Notes: generated from the letters alone by a model not told the origin. 64,000 nucleotides of DNA from Octopus bimaculoides (GCF_001194135.2 NC_068988.1:66183790-66247789), one strand, 5' to 3'; shown: positions 12,713-26,202, counted from the stretch's first letter. Numbers and translations: made by a program.

Positions 12713-12875
12713 GATTCGGTTTCCGTGTTACTCCAAGTTTCGCACGCGCCTAACGCAGCCCGTTTCTTTCAGGCTTCTGCAATGATCGAGTTCCAGATTC
12801 AGCTACGTCAGACGGCTGAAGGAACGAGCTCCTATAAGGGGCCTGTGAAACTTGAAGTAGCACGGAACCAGAATC
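12713..12875. repeat. Imperfect palindrome (~67-bp arms, ~29-bp loop)
   Basis: 12713-12779 GATTCGGTTTCCGTGTTACTCCAAGTTTCGCACGCGCC... versus the reverse complement of 12809-12875 GATTCTGGTTCCGTGCTACTTCAAGTTTCACAGGCCCC... Confidence 0.8.
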
Positions 12876-12886
12876 TGCTTTAAATG

Positions 12887-12977
<91 letters not shown>

Positions 12978-13548
12978 TGTATGTATGTATGTATGTATGT
13001 ATGTATAAGGCAAAGAAGAAAATGGAGAAAATAATTAATTGACAAACATCACTCTGCAGTTATCAATTAGATCTATTTATTAATTACACTCATATGTATA
13101 AATAAATAATTAGATAAATGAATGAATAAGAATAAATGAATGAATAATACTATACTCTTACTACTGTTTCTACATGTGGGGTCCATACTGCTTAAGTTGA
13201 CACTTCATACCAATATTATACAGAGATTCTACAAAGGTTGAACAAAAATTGAACAAATATTGGACAATAATTGAGCCCCAAAGCTTCATCAGAGAGTCCA
13301 TAATGGTAAGAATCAAACATGTGAATAAGTCAAATAAAATAATAAAATAATAAAAATAGTGAGGAATGTTAAAAAGTCAATTCCAAGGTAATATCCATGA
13401 GTTGTGAGATTACATCTTACTTCAATTTGCTGAGAGATATAACAAGGGTAAAACGCTATAACGTTTTACATAATGCAATATATATGTGTTCATATAATAT
13501 ATATTATATATATGTATACATACATACACACACACACACACACCCACC

Positions 13549-13614
<66 letters not shown>

Positions 13615-14869
13615 NNNNNNNNNNNNNNNNNNNNNNNNNNNNNNNNNNNNNNNNNNNNNNNNNNNNNNNNNNNNNNNNNNNNNNNNNNNNNNNNNNNNNN
13701 NNNNNNNNNNNNNNNNNNNNNNNNNNNNNNNNNNNNNNNNNNNNNNNNNNNNNNNNNNNNNNNNNNNNNNNNNNNNNNNNNNNNNNNNNNNNNNNNNNNN
13801 NNNNNNNNNNNNNNNNNNNNNNNNNNNNNNNNNNNNNNNNNNNNNNNNNNNNNNNNNNNNNNNNNNNNNNNNNNNNNNNNNNNNNNNNNNNNNNNNNNNN
13901 NNNNNNNNNNNNNNNNNNNNNNNNNNNNNNNNNNNNNNNNNNNNNNNNNNNNNNNNNNNNNNNNNNNNNNNNNNNNNNNNNNNNNNNNNNNNNNNNNNNN
14001 NNNNNNNNNNNNNNNNNNNNNNNNNNNNNNNNNNNATATATATATATATACACTTATATAAACACTTTGCAGTCAAACGACGATGAACCTTATCTTACTC
14101 TTATGAATATTGTGTAATAGTAATTTTGTTTTGTATCGAGTTAATTCAAGTGTTTTTTGTGGAATTTATTGTAAAGTAGACGTTATCTGTTTTGGGGAAT
14201 TTGGTGTATCGACTTTCGAATCTGATAGTATGTAAGAAATCGAACTTGAATGAATGCATTAGGCGAGTGTCAAAACAGGAATTATTTAAAGTAAGTGTCC
14301 TTTCCAGTATTCCAAATGTTGGTACTCGTTGCACTGCAATAATATTGTGAGATATGGTATTATTAAATGCAGACAACTGTGATATATATATATTTCCCGG
14401 AACCTATAGAAGTACTCTTTTGTTATTCTGGTGTAAATGATAGCAGCAACGTATGCAACATTCTTATCGATCGCATGATACTTGTAGTTTTTATCATTAG
14501 AGATTAGGGAGATAGGAAAGCCATTGATATACAAATTCTTTGTCTGGTCGACAATTTTTTCTCGTATATATGTATATATTTGTGCATCTATATATGTATG
14601 TTCTCTTTCTCTTATTAATTTAGAAAATATTTTGACCGGCCATCAAGGTTGTGAAGGAAGACATCTTGTTTTGTTTCTCACCATCCTGTTAAGAGAGTCT
14701 TGCAGATTTTTATAGCTCTAGATATTGTGATAATTTGTAGTGTATGAATTAATGTTTCTCCAAGAATCCAAGATCAGCGATAATTTACTGTAGACGGGTT
14801 GATATACATGCCTGTTACTCCAATAATGATATCGTACATACTTATATATCTACCTATCTATATGTATGT

Positions 14870-14968
14870 ATAGTGAGAATTTACAAAAAAAAAATAAAAC
14901 CCGAAGACGGGTGTGTAAACAACAAACAGATGTATTAGTTTAACGCTCGGAAAGTGAGAAAGTCTTTT
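14870..14968 (-). mobile_element. Truncated copy of the same short repeat, broken by a microsatellite
   Basis: GAAGACGGGTGTGTAAACAACAAACAGATGTATTAGTTTAACGCTCGGAAAGTGAGAAAGTCTTTTAC matches 50-121. The sequence stops at (TA)/(CATA)n just before the motif core. Confidence 0.6.
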
Positions 14969-15004
14969 ACTATATGTATATACATGCATACATACATACA
15001 TGCA

Positions 15005-15043
<39 letters not shown>

Positions 15044-15061
15044 TGGGCTTTATCACCTTCC

Positions 15062-15172
15062 GTCAACCAAATTCTTTCAGAAGACACATTTACAGAGTGC
15101 CATGCAATAGGAGTGAGCCTGGAAGCATGTGGCTCAGCAACAAACATCTTATGACACAGCCACACCTGCGCC
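15062..15172 (-). mobile_element. SINE family B head fragment
   Basis: ...GAAGACAC...GTGCCATGCA.TAGGA.TGAGCCTGGAAGCATGTGG...ACACAGCCACACCTGCGCC. Confidence 0.65.
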
Positions 15173-15924
15173 TATAAATATATCAATATATATAAATATA
15201 TGTGTGTGTTGTTGTTGTTGTTGCTGTTGCTGCTGCTGTGTGTATGTGTACATATTTGAGGAAGAAAGGTTACTTCATGTTAGCAACATAATTATTTAAT
15301 GGTTTCAACTCGGAACATTAATTTTATTATCGTACATAATACCATAATACCATATTAATGTATAAGTCACTTTTCGTGACAATTCTCTCCGAATCCTAGA
15401 TTCAGAAACTATAAAGACATTGGAGCAATAACAACTGTCGCATGTATTCGTTTATAGTTCAAAATATTTTGAAAAAGATATTCCCTTTAGAATTTAGTAA
15501 ATATGTTAAAATTTCATGATCTTCAAAATATACTATATATAGCGCAGACAGTTCAGGTAAAACAAGTATCCATATACATACATACATACATACATAGTAT
15601 ATATATATATCTATGAATGTATGTATGTGTATGTGTGTGTGTGCGTGCGTCTGTGTGTGCGTGTGTCTGTGTGTGCGCACGTGTCTGAATATATGTATAT
15701 ATTTATATGTATGTGTACGTGTATAGTTTATAAGGATATTCTGTTGCGGCACGAAATATAATTAGTGGGACAGATTAATCTATTGATATCATCATCTTAG
15801 CTTGGAACTGAGGGAATATATGAATTTTATGAAAATAGTTTTAAAATTTTATCACATAAATGACGAATAATTACATTAGTTTTCAGCTTGTCGAAATTTT
15901 AGAGTTTAGTTTTAATACCAATAC

Positions 15925-16136
<212 letters not shown>

Positions 16137-16824
16137 GACAATGGGAAGCGTGTTGTCTGGTGAGTATTTTCGAGAGCCTCGAGTTGAATACTTAATGCAT
16201 TTAGTGAAATTTGTTCGACAGAACAGAACCAGTGTGTAAGACAATTGTCTAAACAAATATACATTCAAACACACAAAAACACACACGCATACAAACGTAC
16301 GCGTACATTCACACATGTCTGTGTGGGTGTGTATCTACATCAATACTACTTGATACTGATTCTATATTTCTGAAAGAGAAGAATTCATATTATGGACACT
16401 GTTTACATTAGACAGACTGTTTACATTAGTCGAACCCATCTTGGTTGATGCCAAAACGTAGTCAAAGCAACAATGAAATTGAAGTCTTACGATTAATGTA
16501 AGCGGTGTTCATACTTAAAGCCAGTTATATTGATGTACGTCCATAACATAGCGGTTCGATAAAATGATTAAGAACGAAATTAAAGAGGAATACCATTGAA
16601 GGTTCTGCTCCTTATAGCTGCAATCCAATAAGCAATAATAAACAAAGTGAATAAAGGAATATTTACATCAGACTTGATGTAAATATTATAAAAATATTAT
16701 AAAAATATATTTCATCTCTTATAGATTATTTTATATCCTTTATTGCGAATATATGATGGTAACGAAGCGAGAGTAAAGCAATATTCGCAGAGGTGACTTC
16801 CAACTACCAACATGCGAGACTCCA

Positions 16825-17445
16825 AGATATAGCCCCCGCCCCAGATCATCACAGATCCTCCTCAATGTTTAACAGTTGGAAGAAGGCAGTCTGGATCAAA
16901 TGCTTCTTTTGGCTGTCTCAACTCATATACTCGGCTGGTGGTCAGAAATATGGTAAAGTATGACTCGTCCAAGAAAATGGCATTCTTCCACTGCTCTAGG
17001 GACCAAATCTTTGCAACGTTTATTTTTGAAAGTAATCGTCTTCTGAGTGCAGCTCTCCCGTGGAATCCAGCTTTGTGCAGCTCCCGGCAAAGTTTTTGTG
17101 GAAACTGGGTTCTCGAAGTGGTCATTAAGCTCTGCAGTAATTTTGGGAGCTGTACTTTTCTGATCCCTTATAACAATTCACATAAGGGTCCGACGGACCC
17201 TATCTGACTGTTTTGGTTTTCTTACCGAGTTTTGTTTTGTCGAGGAGTTTTTTCCTTCTTTCTCAAAGGCTGTCATTACATGCGAGACACTACTTCTTGA
17301 TACACTAAACATTTCGGCTGTTTTCGTTACGCTAGCGGACAATTTGGCCTCTTGAAATGTCCGATAGATCTGTCATTTTAATGAATTTTAATTACCTTTA
17401 TCTGATGATATCTGAAAAGAAACAACAATTTTAGCAAATTGGTAA
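16825..17445 (-). mobile_element. Tc1-family DNA transposon fossil (5' half of transposase, frameshifted)
   Basis: ATG at 17376 (-) gives MTDLSD-QRGQIV...SVTKTAEMF.VSRS.VS.VMTAFEKEGK (paired-like HTH). The ORF-track peptide 16862-17125 reads RELHKAGFHGRAA...WSLEQWKNAIFLDESYFTIF...RVY..RQPKEAFDPDCLLPTVKH, followed by GGSVMIWG. These are the WSDES-type first Asp and GGSVMIWG motifs of Tc1 transposases. Confidence 0.92.
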
Positions 17446-17449
17446 GTAA

Positions 17450-17882
17450 CTAGCTTACCAACCACATGGTTCCGGGTTCAGTCCCACTGCGCGGCATCTT
17501 GGGCAAGTGTCTTCTACTATAGCCTCGGGCCGACNNNNNNNNNNGGCATCTTGGGCAAGTGTCTTCTACTATAGCCTCGGGCCGACCAAAGCCTTGTGAG
17601 TGGATTTGGTAGACGGAAACTGAACGTAGCCCGTCGTATTTATGTATATATATATATATGTATGTATGTGTGTATGTTTGTATGTGTGTGTTTGTCCCCC
17701 CAACATCGCTTGACAACCGATGCTGGTGTGTTTATGTCCCCGTAACTTAGCGGTTTGGCAAAATAGATCGATAGAATAAGTACTAGGCTTCTAAAGAATA
17801 AGTCCTGGGGTCGATTTGCTCTACTAAAAGGCGGTGCTCCAGCATGGCCACAGTCAAAAGACTGAAACAAGTAAAAGAGTAA
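17450..17882 (+). mobile_element. SINE family B, young copy adjacent to the 5' end of the Tc1 fossil
   Basis: Near-consensus GGTAAGTAACTAGCTTACCAACCACATGGTTCCGGGTTCAGTCCCACTGCG...GACTGAAACAAGTAAAAGAGT. Contains a 10-N gap with duplicated flanks. Confidence 0.9.
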
Positions 17883-17885
17883 CAC

Positions 17886-18270
17886 TTGTTGTTGGCACTT
17901 CGTCGCTTACATCGTCGATGGTTCCAGTTGATCCGATCAACGGAACAGCCTGCTCGTGAAATTAACGTGCAAGTGGCTGATCATTCCACAGAAACGTGTA
18001 CCCTTAACGTAGTTCTCGGGGATATTCAGCGTGACACAGTGTGACAAGGCTGACCCTTTGAATTACAGGCACAACAGAAACAGGAAGTAAGAGTGAGAGA
18101 AAATTGTGGTGAAAAAGTACAGCAGGGTTCGTCACCATCCCCTGCCAGAGCCTCTTGGATATTTAGGTGTTTTCGCTCAATAAACACTCACAACGCCCGG
18201 TCTAGGAATCGAAACTGCGTTCCTATGACCCCGAGTCTGATGCCCTAACCACTGGGCCATTGCGCTTCCA
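17886..18270 (-). mobile_element. tRNA-derived SINE family C (OR1-like) with (CAA)n tail
   Basis: Minus strand: TGGAAGCGCAATGGCCCAGTGGTTAGGGC (A box)...GTTTCGATTCC (B box)...GATCGGATCAACTGGAAC...GTAAGCGACGAAGTGCCAACAACAA. Confidence 0.85.
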
Positions 18271-18445
18271 CTAAACAGCACTATCAATAAATATAAAAAA
18301 CATAAACGTAAACAAGCTTTTTAGATATTTCAAACTTATAATGCTATGATGCTAGGTGTTTCGATTATTTTTTCCAACACCTGTATATACATACCCACGA
18401 CCACAGAGACACACACAGCTCACCCGCACGCACAAATGTGTGTGC

Positions 18446-18564
<119 letters not shown>

Positions 18565-19630
18565 AGATAGATAGATAGATAGAGAAATAGATAGACGATA
18601 TACATATATATATATGCATATATAATTGTCATGCTGGTGAAATCTATTCAAGCAGAAACAAGATTTCACAGTTACCACTTTACCTCCACGCTATAAATCT
18701 GTTCATTTTCTGAATGACATATGAAATATGGTGAATTCTTGACTCTTGAGGTTAATTATCTCTCTATCTCATATACAGCTGGTCTCCACTCCTACTTGGT
18801 AATTATGTGACATCCTTCACTGGCGAAGATAGTTTTAATAAATCAAGAATGTATGTTGCATGGAAATTCATACACATGTACGTTTCTGCGATATATCTAT
18901 CCTTACGAGTAGCCACTCTCCGCTTTTTCTTTTAGCAATGTTTATCTATTTGCATATACACATAGATACACACATACATACACATGCAAATATGTATGTA
19001 TATAGTATGATACACAACCCAGATGCACACCTGGAACATAGAAAACTACTAAAATAAAGAATTTGGGAAAATATCTGGTCTTTAGATTTCTGACCAAAAG
19101 TCAAATATACAAATGGCTTCACAAAACACTCCTTTAACACCCCACCATCTTCCAACTCCACCCCAACCAAGTATCTTGTGCTGACCATTCACTACCCTCT
19201 TTCAGGTACCATTCATTAAGTTTTTAATGAATGGTACCACACTGATTAAAATACCCCAACCCCACCTCAAACAAACCCAAATCCCATATATATAGAATCA
19301 CAAAACCCTAAATCCTCAGATCTGTATGACAACGAATGCGAGAAGTTTCTTCGAAGAATTTAACAAGAAAATTTCTTTAAAAATATTCTCCACGACAAAT
19401 TTAACAAAGAACTTAGTAGATCTTTGAACTAAAATTTATATTACCAAAAAATAAAAAAAATAATAAATTAAACTGATTAGAACTACCATTGAAGTCATTA
19501 TTTTTCTTTTTTCAAATATGTATTATGATATATACATAAACATATATACATATATTTGTATGTATATATACATATTTATATATATACATGTGTGCGTGTT
19601 TGTGTGTGTGAATGTGTGTATATATATACT

Positions 19631-19701
<71 letters not shown>

Positions 19702-20398
19702 TTATAAATAAAGAGGAAAATATACTGATAAAATTTACTTTACCGTTGGATATTCTTATTTAACAACGATTATTTCGCAGCTTAATAAACTTCTATAAAT
19801 AATTTATTACTTACATATCTGCATTAATAAGTAATAAATTATTTATACTGCTTTTATCTCATATCTAGTACTTGCTTCATTCATTTGACTTTAGCCATCC
19901 TGGGACACCACATTGAAGCGACATTAGTTCGACAAGCACAGACACAAATCACACACATAAGGACACAGCCACCTCCACACACATGCAAGGGTACACCCCG
20001 CCACACAGACACGCACACAAATACATAGATACAAGCTTCTTTCAGTGGGACCAGGAATCAAGTGGCTGAGAAGCAAACTTCTAACCAGAGAGCAACAGCC
20101 ACATGTACTTTTAAGTTGCGAAACAGTTGTTATTAAATACTAATCTCCAATGGTAAAATAAATTTTATCATAGTATATATATCTCTCTTTATTGATTATT
20201 GTATATACGCCTTATGTTTTGTTTTCCTTTTGAATGATAATATGTATTCTATGTGGTTTGTAGAATGATACGTTAAGGAGCTTTTTTATGAGTACCACCG
20301 GATTACTTGAATCGATATACTGTAGCTGAAATTTATATATATATATGTGTGTACATGTTTATACGTTTGTTTGCATATATATACATATATATACATAT

Positions 20399-20746
20399 GG
20401 AGGCGCAATGGCCCAGACCGGGCGTTGTGAGTGTTTATTGAGCAAAAACACCTAAAGCTCCACGAGTCTCCGGCAGGGGATGGTGGTGAACCCTGCTATA
20501 CTGTTTTACCACAACTTTCTCTCACTCTTTCTTCCTGTTTCTGTTGTGCCTGTAATTCAAAGGGTCAGCCTTGTCACACTGTGTCACACTGAATATCCCA
20601 GAGAACTACGTTAAGGGTACACTTGTCTGTGGAGTGCTCAGCCACTTGCACGTTAATTTCACGAGCAGGCTCTTCCGTTGATCGGATCAACTGGGAACCC
20701 ACGACGTCGTAAGCGACGGAGTGCCAACAACAACAACAACAACAAC
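20399..20746 (+). mobile_element. SINE family C with ~50-bp deletion in the tRNA head and (CAA)n tail running into a gap
   Basis: GGAGGCGCAATGGCCCAG|ACCGGGCGTTG...; the body is highly similar to the reverse complement of 17886-18200. Confidence 0.85.
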
Positions 20747-21327
20747 NNNNNNNNNNNNNNNNNNNNNNNNNNNNNNNNNNNNNNNNNNNNNNNNNNNNNN
20801 NNNNNNNNNNNNNNNNNNNNNNNNNNNNNNNNNNNNNNNNNNNNNNNNNNNNNNNNNNNNNNNNNNNNNNNNNNNNNNNNNNNNNNNNNNNNNNNNNNNN
20901 NNNNNNNNNNNNNNNNNNNNNNNNNNNNNNNNNNNNNNNNNNNNNNNNNNNNNNNNNNNNNNNNNNNNNNNNNNNNNNNNNNNNNNNNNNNNNNNNNNNN
21001 NNNNNNNNNNNNNNNNNNNNNNNNNNNNNNNNNNNNNNNNNNNNNNNNNNNNNNNNNNNNNNNNNNNNNNNNNNNNNNNNNNNNNNNNNNNNNNNNNNNN
21101 NNNNNNNNNNNNNNNNNNNNNNNNNNNNNNNNNNNNNNNNNNNNNNNNNNNNNNNNNNNNNNNNNNNNNNNNNNNNNNNNNNNNNNNNNNNNNNNNNNNN
21201 NNNNNNNNNNNNNNNNNNNNNNNNNNNNNNNNNNNNNNNNNNNNNNNNNNNNNNNNNNNNNNNNNNNNNNNNNNNNNNNNNNNNNNNNNNNNNNNNNNNN
21301 NNNNNNNNNNNNNNNNNNNNNNNNNNN

Positions 21328-21425
<98 letters not shown>
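21328..21425. repeat. (TTA)n trinucleotide microsatellite
   Basis: Direct reading, gap-adjacent. Confidence 0.97.
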
Positions 21426-21656
21426 GTCTAAAGTTAAATAAAAATAAATACAATGTGGGGTGATTGTTCATACCTCATGTAAAGTGGCTGTCAACTAGTG
21501 AGTATGTTGGTAGGTGAAAAACAAAATAATAATAATTAAAATTATTAAAAACGATGAAATTAATGAAACGAGCTGAAGGTGTGTTTCCTCCAATGCTGGC
21601 ATCTGTATGCTCTTTGTGTTATCTTCCATGTTGATTGCAATATGTCCGTTGAATAA

Positions 21657-21867
21657 GGCGGCGAATTAGCAGAAACGTTAGCACGCCGGGCGAGATGCTT
21701 AGTGGTATTTTGTCTTACGTTGCAAGTTGAAATTCCGCCGATGTCGCCTATGTCTTTTATCCTTTCGCGGTCGATAAATTAAGTACCAGAGGTGTACTGC
21801 AGTCGATCTAATCGACCGACCCCTTCCTCAAAATTCCAGGCCTTGTACCTAGAGTAGAAAAGAAAAG
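21657..21867 (+). mobile_element. SINE family A, full length with 18-bp TSD
   Basis: Same consensus as 3030-3243. Flanked by AATATGTCCGTTGAATAA (21639-21656) and AATATGTCCGTTCAATAA (21868-21885). Confidence 0.9.
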
Positions 21868-22619
21868 AATATGTCCGTTCAATAAACTGTGCGTCTTTCA
21901 TGCGCTGAAACAAGTATCATTTCCTAAGATTGATTTGAATTGCTTACCCGATTGAATAAATATTTTAAATAACGGTATTTGGTAGATTATTCTCCTGTCT
22001 ACTGTTACTAACGTACTGGTGATCTGGTATACGACAGCTTTTTTGTTTTTCATTCTGTGTAAACTGCTCTCGAAGTCACTTGAAATTATAGCGTTCAGTA
22101 TTTGTATGATAATGTAAATATATACTTAAGTGTGTGTGTGTGTATGTATGTGTGTATGTGCGTATGCATTTGTCTCTGTGTGTGCGTATGTATTTGTCTG
22201 TGTGTGTGAGAGAGAGAGTGTGTGTGTATGTGAATGTGTAAAATATGAGAGAAAGAACATGGAATTCACGAGAGTATAATCACTACAATCGTTTTGACTC
22301 ATTGTGTACCGGTGCTTCGCGGGTGAGATGCCGTACAAACAGTTGTCCTGCATCATAACTGTTCATGTGTTTCATCGGGTGACTTGTCAAGAGGTGCCTG
22401 GGTTTCTTTAAAATCCGTTTCGCCTATTTCGAAAAGTGTCGCTGAAGAGGTCACAGATGTGTCACGAAAGATTTCCGGACAATAAACGAGTGAAGAACAA
22501 ATATATAATGTGTGCGCATATTTCACAAAAAAAAAATGACCATCCCGAAATACTACAATATCTGTTTTAACACACGATTTCATATCAAGAATCTAGGAAC
22601 CTTGCAATACAAATTGATT

Positions 22620-22625
22620 GATATG

Positions 22626-22663
<38 letters not shown>

Positions 22664-22670
22664 CATGTAA

Positions 22671-22718
<48 letters not shown>

Positions 22719-22777
22719 ATAAACATATGTATATATATATATATAAATACACAAACATATACATATATAAATGCATA

Positions 22778-22857
<80 letters not shown>

Positions 22858-23040
22858 CACATATGCATATATATGTATATATATACATATATATAAATAT
22901 ATATATACATAAATATATATACATATATATGCGTACATATATACGTATATATATATATATGCGTATATATATAGACATATATATACATACATACATACAT
23001 ACATAATACATACACACACCCACACACACACATATATATA
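22620..23040. repeat. Long mosaic (TG)/(TA)/(CATA)/(CA) microsatellite
   Basis: Direct reading; source of six spurious ORFs. Confidence 0.97.
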
Positions 23041-25014
23041 CCAAACATTGGATGAATTCCCCATTAACGCCAGCTGTCGTCTATTATAATACGAAATACG
23101 TAGAGAAATAATCGTATGTGATTTGGAAGTTAGTATGTAGTATTTAAAACATAGAGAAGTCAGTAATATTTGATCTACATGAGTTTTGTGTATGAGGTGC
23201 TCGTCTTCAAAACGAGGGCACAATAAAACAGAATAATTTGTTTTTTTTTATGAAGACAATCTCTTCCTGTATCAAGAAAAACATTCTGCCAGTATCGCAT
23301 TTATTAGTCGCGAAACGGTTTTACAGTTTCTTCATAGTTCCAGATAACTAATAAAGATATACTGAAAATTAAGTGTGTAATATACCCAAATGGACTAAAA
23401 ATAATATATTTTCAACAGACTATCTTAAAGCAATATCTGGATGTGAGCGCGTGCGCATACACACATATATAAACATACACACACGCACGCGCACACACGT
23501 ATATATGGAATCCTTATATCTCGTTTTTCCTTCTTTGGTACATCAGCGTAGATTTTTTTTCTATTCGGTTATTTATCATTATATATAGATATCTTTATGA
23601 GCAGACGACTCTAATATGATTTGTCGTTTGAGAAACTTCTGATACCGAATTTATCAATATTTCTTACCCTCTCTCTCTTTCTTTCTCTCTCTCTCTCCCT
23701 CTCTCACACACACACATACACATATACATTGATAATATATATANNNNNNNNNNNNNNNNNNNNNNNNNNNNNNNNNNNNNNNNNNNNNNNNNNNNNNNNN
23801 NNNNNNTATATATACATACATACATAGATATCTCATAATATAGCTTATATGTAATATATTATAGCTTATATATCAAATCAGTGAATAAATAGATGTAAGC
23901 AATAATTCTAATGCATTCACTATCTACAAATATTTGTATATTCTAGATTTAATTTTAGAGTCGTCTGAATGTCCAATAAAGCTGATGTAAAATATATTAC
24001 GTAGGAATACTCATCCGCATACATATTCTCATATCACATATGCATCTGATTTTAATGAAGTTGTAGGCAAATACTAGTAAAATGTATAGCAATGCAACCA
24101 CAATAATACCTGTATGCTATTATGTGTTGTTGAGTCGTATACGCGGGTCATAGTATATTAATTCCTACAGAACAGCATCAGAATCACAAAAAGAAAGAAA
24201 CGACAGTATTTTAGTAATTATTGAAATTGTTCCAAGAATATTTCATGCAAACCTATTTCTAGAAAGTCTCCATTACGACGTTCGTCGAATAAAAATATAA
24301 ATAATACAAATAAGATAGATAATATCCAAAATATATGCATCAGCTTTTGATAGAATATATTAAATACATCTTTTGAAGTAAAACATTACTAACATTAGTT
24401 GGAAGCGATGTTTTGGATAAAAAGAAACTGAAGTGTAACCTGGTGCATAATAGAGTCTCAGGTAATTATAGGCCAGTCGTTGAACACTTTGGAAAAGCAT
24501 GAACCTCACAACTTGACATTTCATTAAAATACGTTGAAGCTTCGTTTTAACATCATGTTATAACTTTAGTTAAGCTGTACACAGAAAAAAAACAAAATAC
24601 GGAGACCCAGAATGTAATAATGAAAGATTTATTTAGTTAAACACATGAGGGCGACAGCCGCCAGTCAAATCCTGCTTCTTAGAAAATCCGGTTATCGGAA
24701 GTCGGCTTCGCTGTAGACCAGCTCCCTAGCTAGCCTGCAGCGAAGTTCTTGTTTACAGTTCGTCCGTCATAAATCCTTGGGCAGTGCACGACAATGTCTT
24801 CATTGAACTCTATTTTATCTGTAGAAATATAAGTTATTTAATGACATTTCAATGATTAAACATGGTTTTTAAGTGCAAAACGCTAGATTTCATATATCAA
24901 GCAAAAAATATTGAGCTATTTTTAATGACGTTCTGCGTTGTTATTGTTGATGTTGTTATTTGCACTGTTTAATCTTAAGCCAGCACTCATGGGCCAAAAC
25001 TAAGGCAAAAGGCG

Positions 25015-25135
25015 TAGATGTGTAGTAAAATGATTGCTTCCGAATCACATGGTTCCGAATTCAGTTCCACTATAGCTTTGGGCTGACCAAAACCTTTGTG
25101 AGTAGATTTAATAGGCGGAAACTGAAAGAAGCTTA
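25015..25135 (+). mobile_element. SINE family B fragment (internally deleted)
   Basis: TTGCTTCCGAATCACATGGTTCCGAATTCAGTTCCAC|TATAGCTTTGGGCTGACCAAAACCTTTGTGAGT...GGAAACTGAAAGAAGC followed by a microsatellite. Confidence 0.7.
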
Positions 25136-25146
25136 TATACATACGT

Positions 25147-25235
<89 letters not shown>

Positions 25236-25238
25236 TGC

Positions 25239-25269
<31 letters not shown>

Positions 25270-26137
25270 GAATAATAGTTCTCAAAGCACACCGCATTCA
25301 TATATATATATGAAAGTAAATAAATATTGGGTTGAAAAGCAGTTTTTGATTTAAAAAATGACTTTTCTATCGAAACGGTTTTTTCTACACAATGTTTATA
25401 TGCTATAGTATATAGCCGTATATCTGTATGTGATGTTCTTCGACAACCAACATTCCCAAAAATATATAATTGTATCTAGTTAAGCATTTTATTTACGTTG
25501 GTGCACTCATGGCTGTATAATTAAGAAGCTCGCTTTGCAGTTAGATGTTTTAAGGTCCAGCCCCATTGGCGGCACATTGAATTAGTGTCCCTCTTATAGT
25601 CTCGGTTCAATCAATGCTTTATAATTGAATTTTCAGGACAGAGATTGCGTGGGGGCCCGTTGTCATTGTCCTAGTTCATGTCCCCTCCACCATTTAATAC
25701 CGATGTTAGCTTGTTAACGTCACTATAAAATATTCCATAGCTTCCAATGGAGTTGCTTTGTTCCACTAAACCCTACAAGACGGTGCCCCAGCATGGATAC
25801 AGGCCAGTGATCAGAAAAGGAATCATTAGATTATATATATTATATCATATATTAGTGAAAGCGATCTGTAATGAACACAGTCTCTTACCTCTTACAATTT
25901 TTTAATCTTCAAATATGTGCCCCAGTAATCTTAAAATTGGCCGTGTTAAAACCTCTGATAAATATATGTACACTGTGTGCTAACTCGATTAATTCTAACT
26001 GAATACTTAACATCGCCAGTTTCAAAGGAATATATTTCTCAGTAGTTTATAAGCCAGGATAGCTATAATTCAAATAGTCACGAAGGAAAATTTGACTTTA
26101 TGCAATGCAAAATATACTATATATGATATTATCTGCC

Positions 26138-26197
<60 letters not shown>

Positions 26198-26202
<5 letters not shown>

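Noticed and set aside
12809-12875. Hammerhead reading of the palindrome arms (CTGAA...GAAAC..GTA)
   Set aside because: The core is not CUGANGA and stems I and II cannot be formed.
17493-17586. Exact 42-bp direct repeat flanking a 10-N gap
   Set aside because: Identical sequence on both sides of a minimal gap within a SINE is the signature of unmerged overlapping contig ends, an assembly artefact.
18195-18270. tRNA-like sequence with A and B boxes
   Set aside because: It continues directly into a SINE body that has a second copy at 20399. It is a SINE head, not a tRNA gene.
22260-22583. GC-richer stretch with two short minus-strand ORFs
   Set aside because: No recognisable motif, no convincing splice-site pair, and no second copy.
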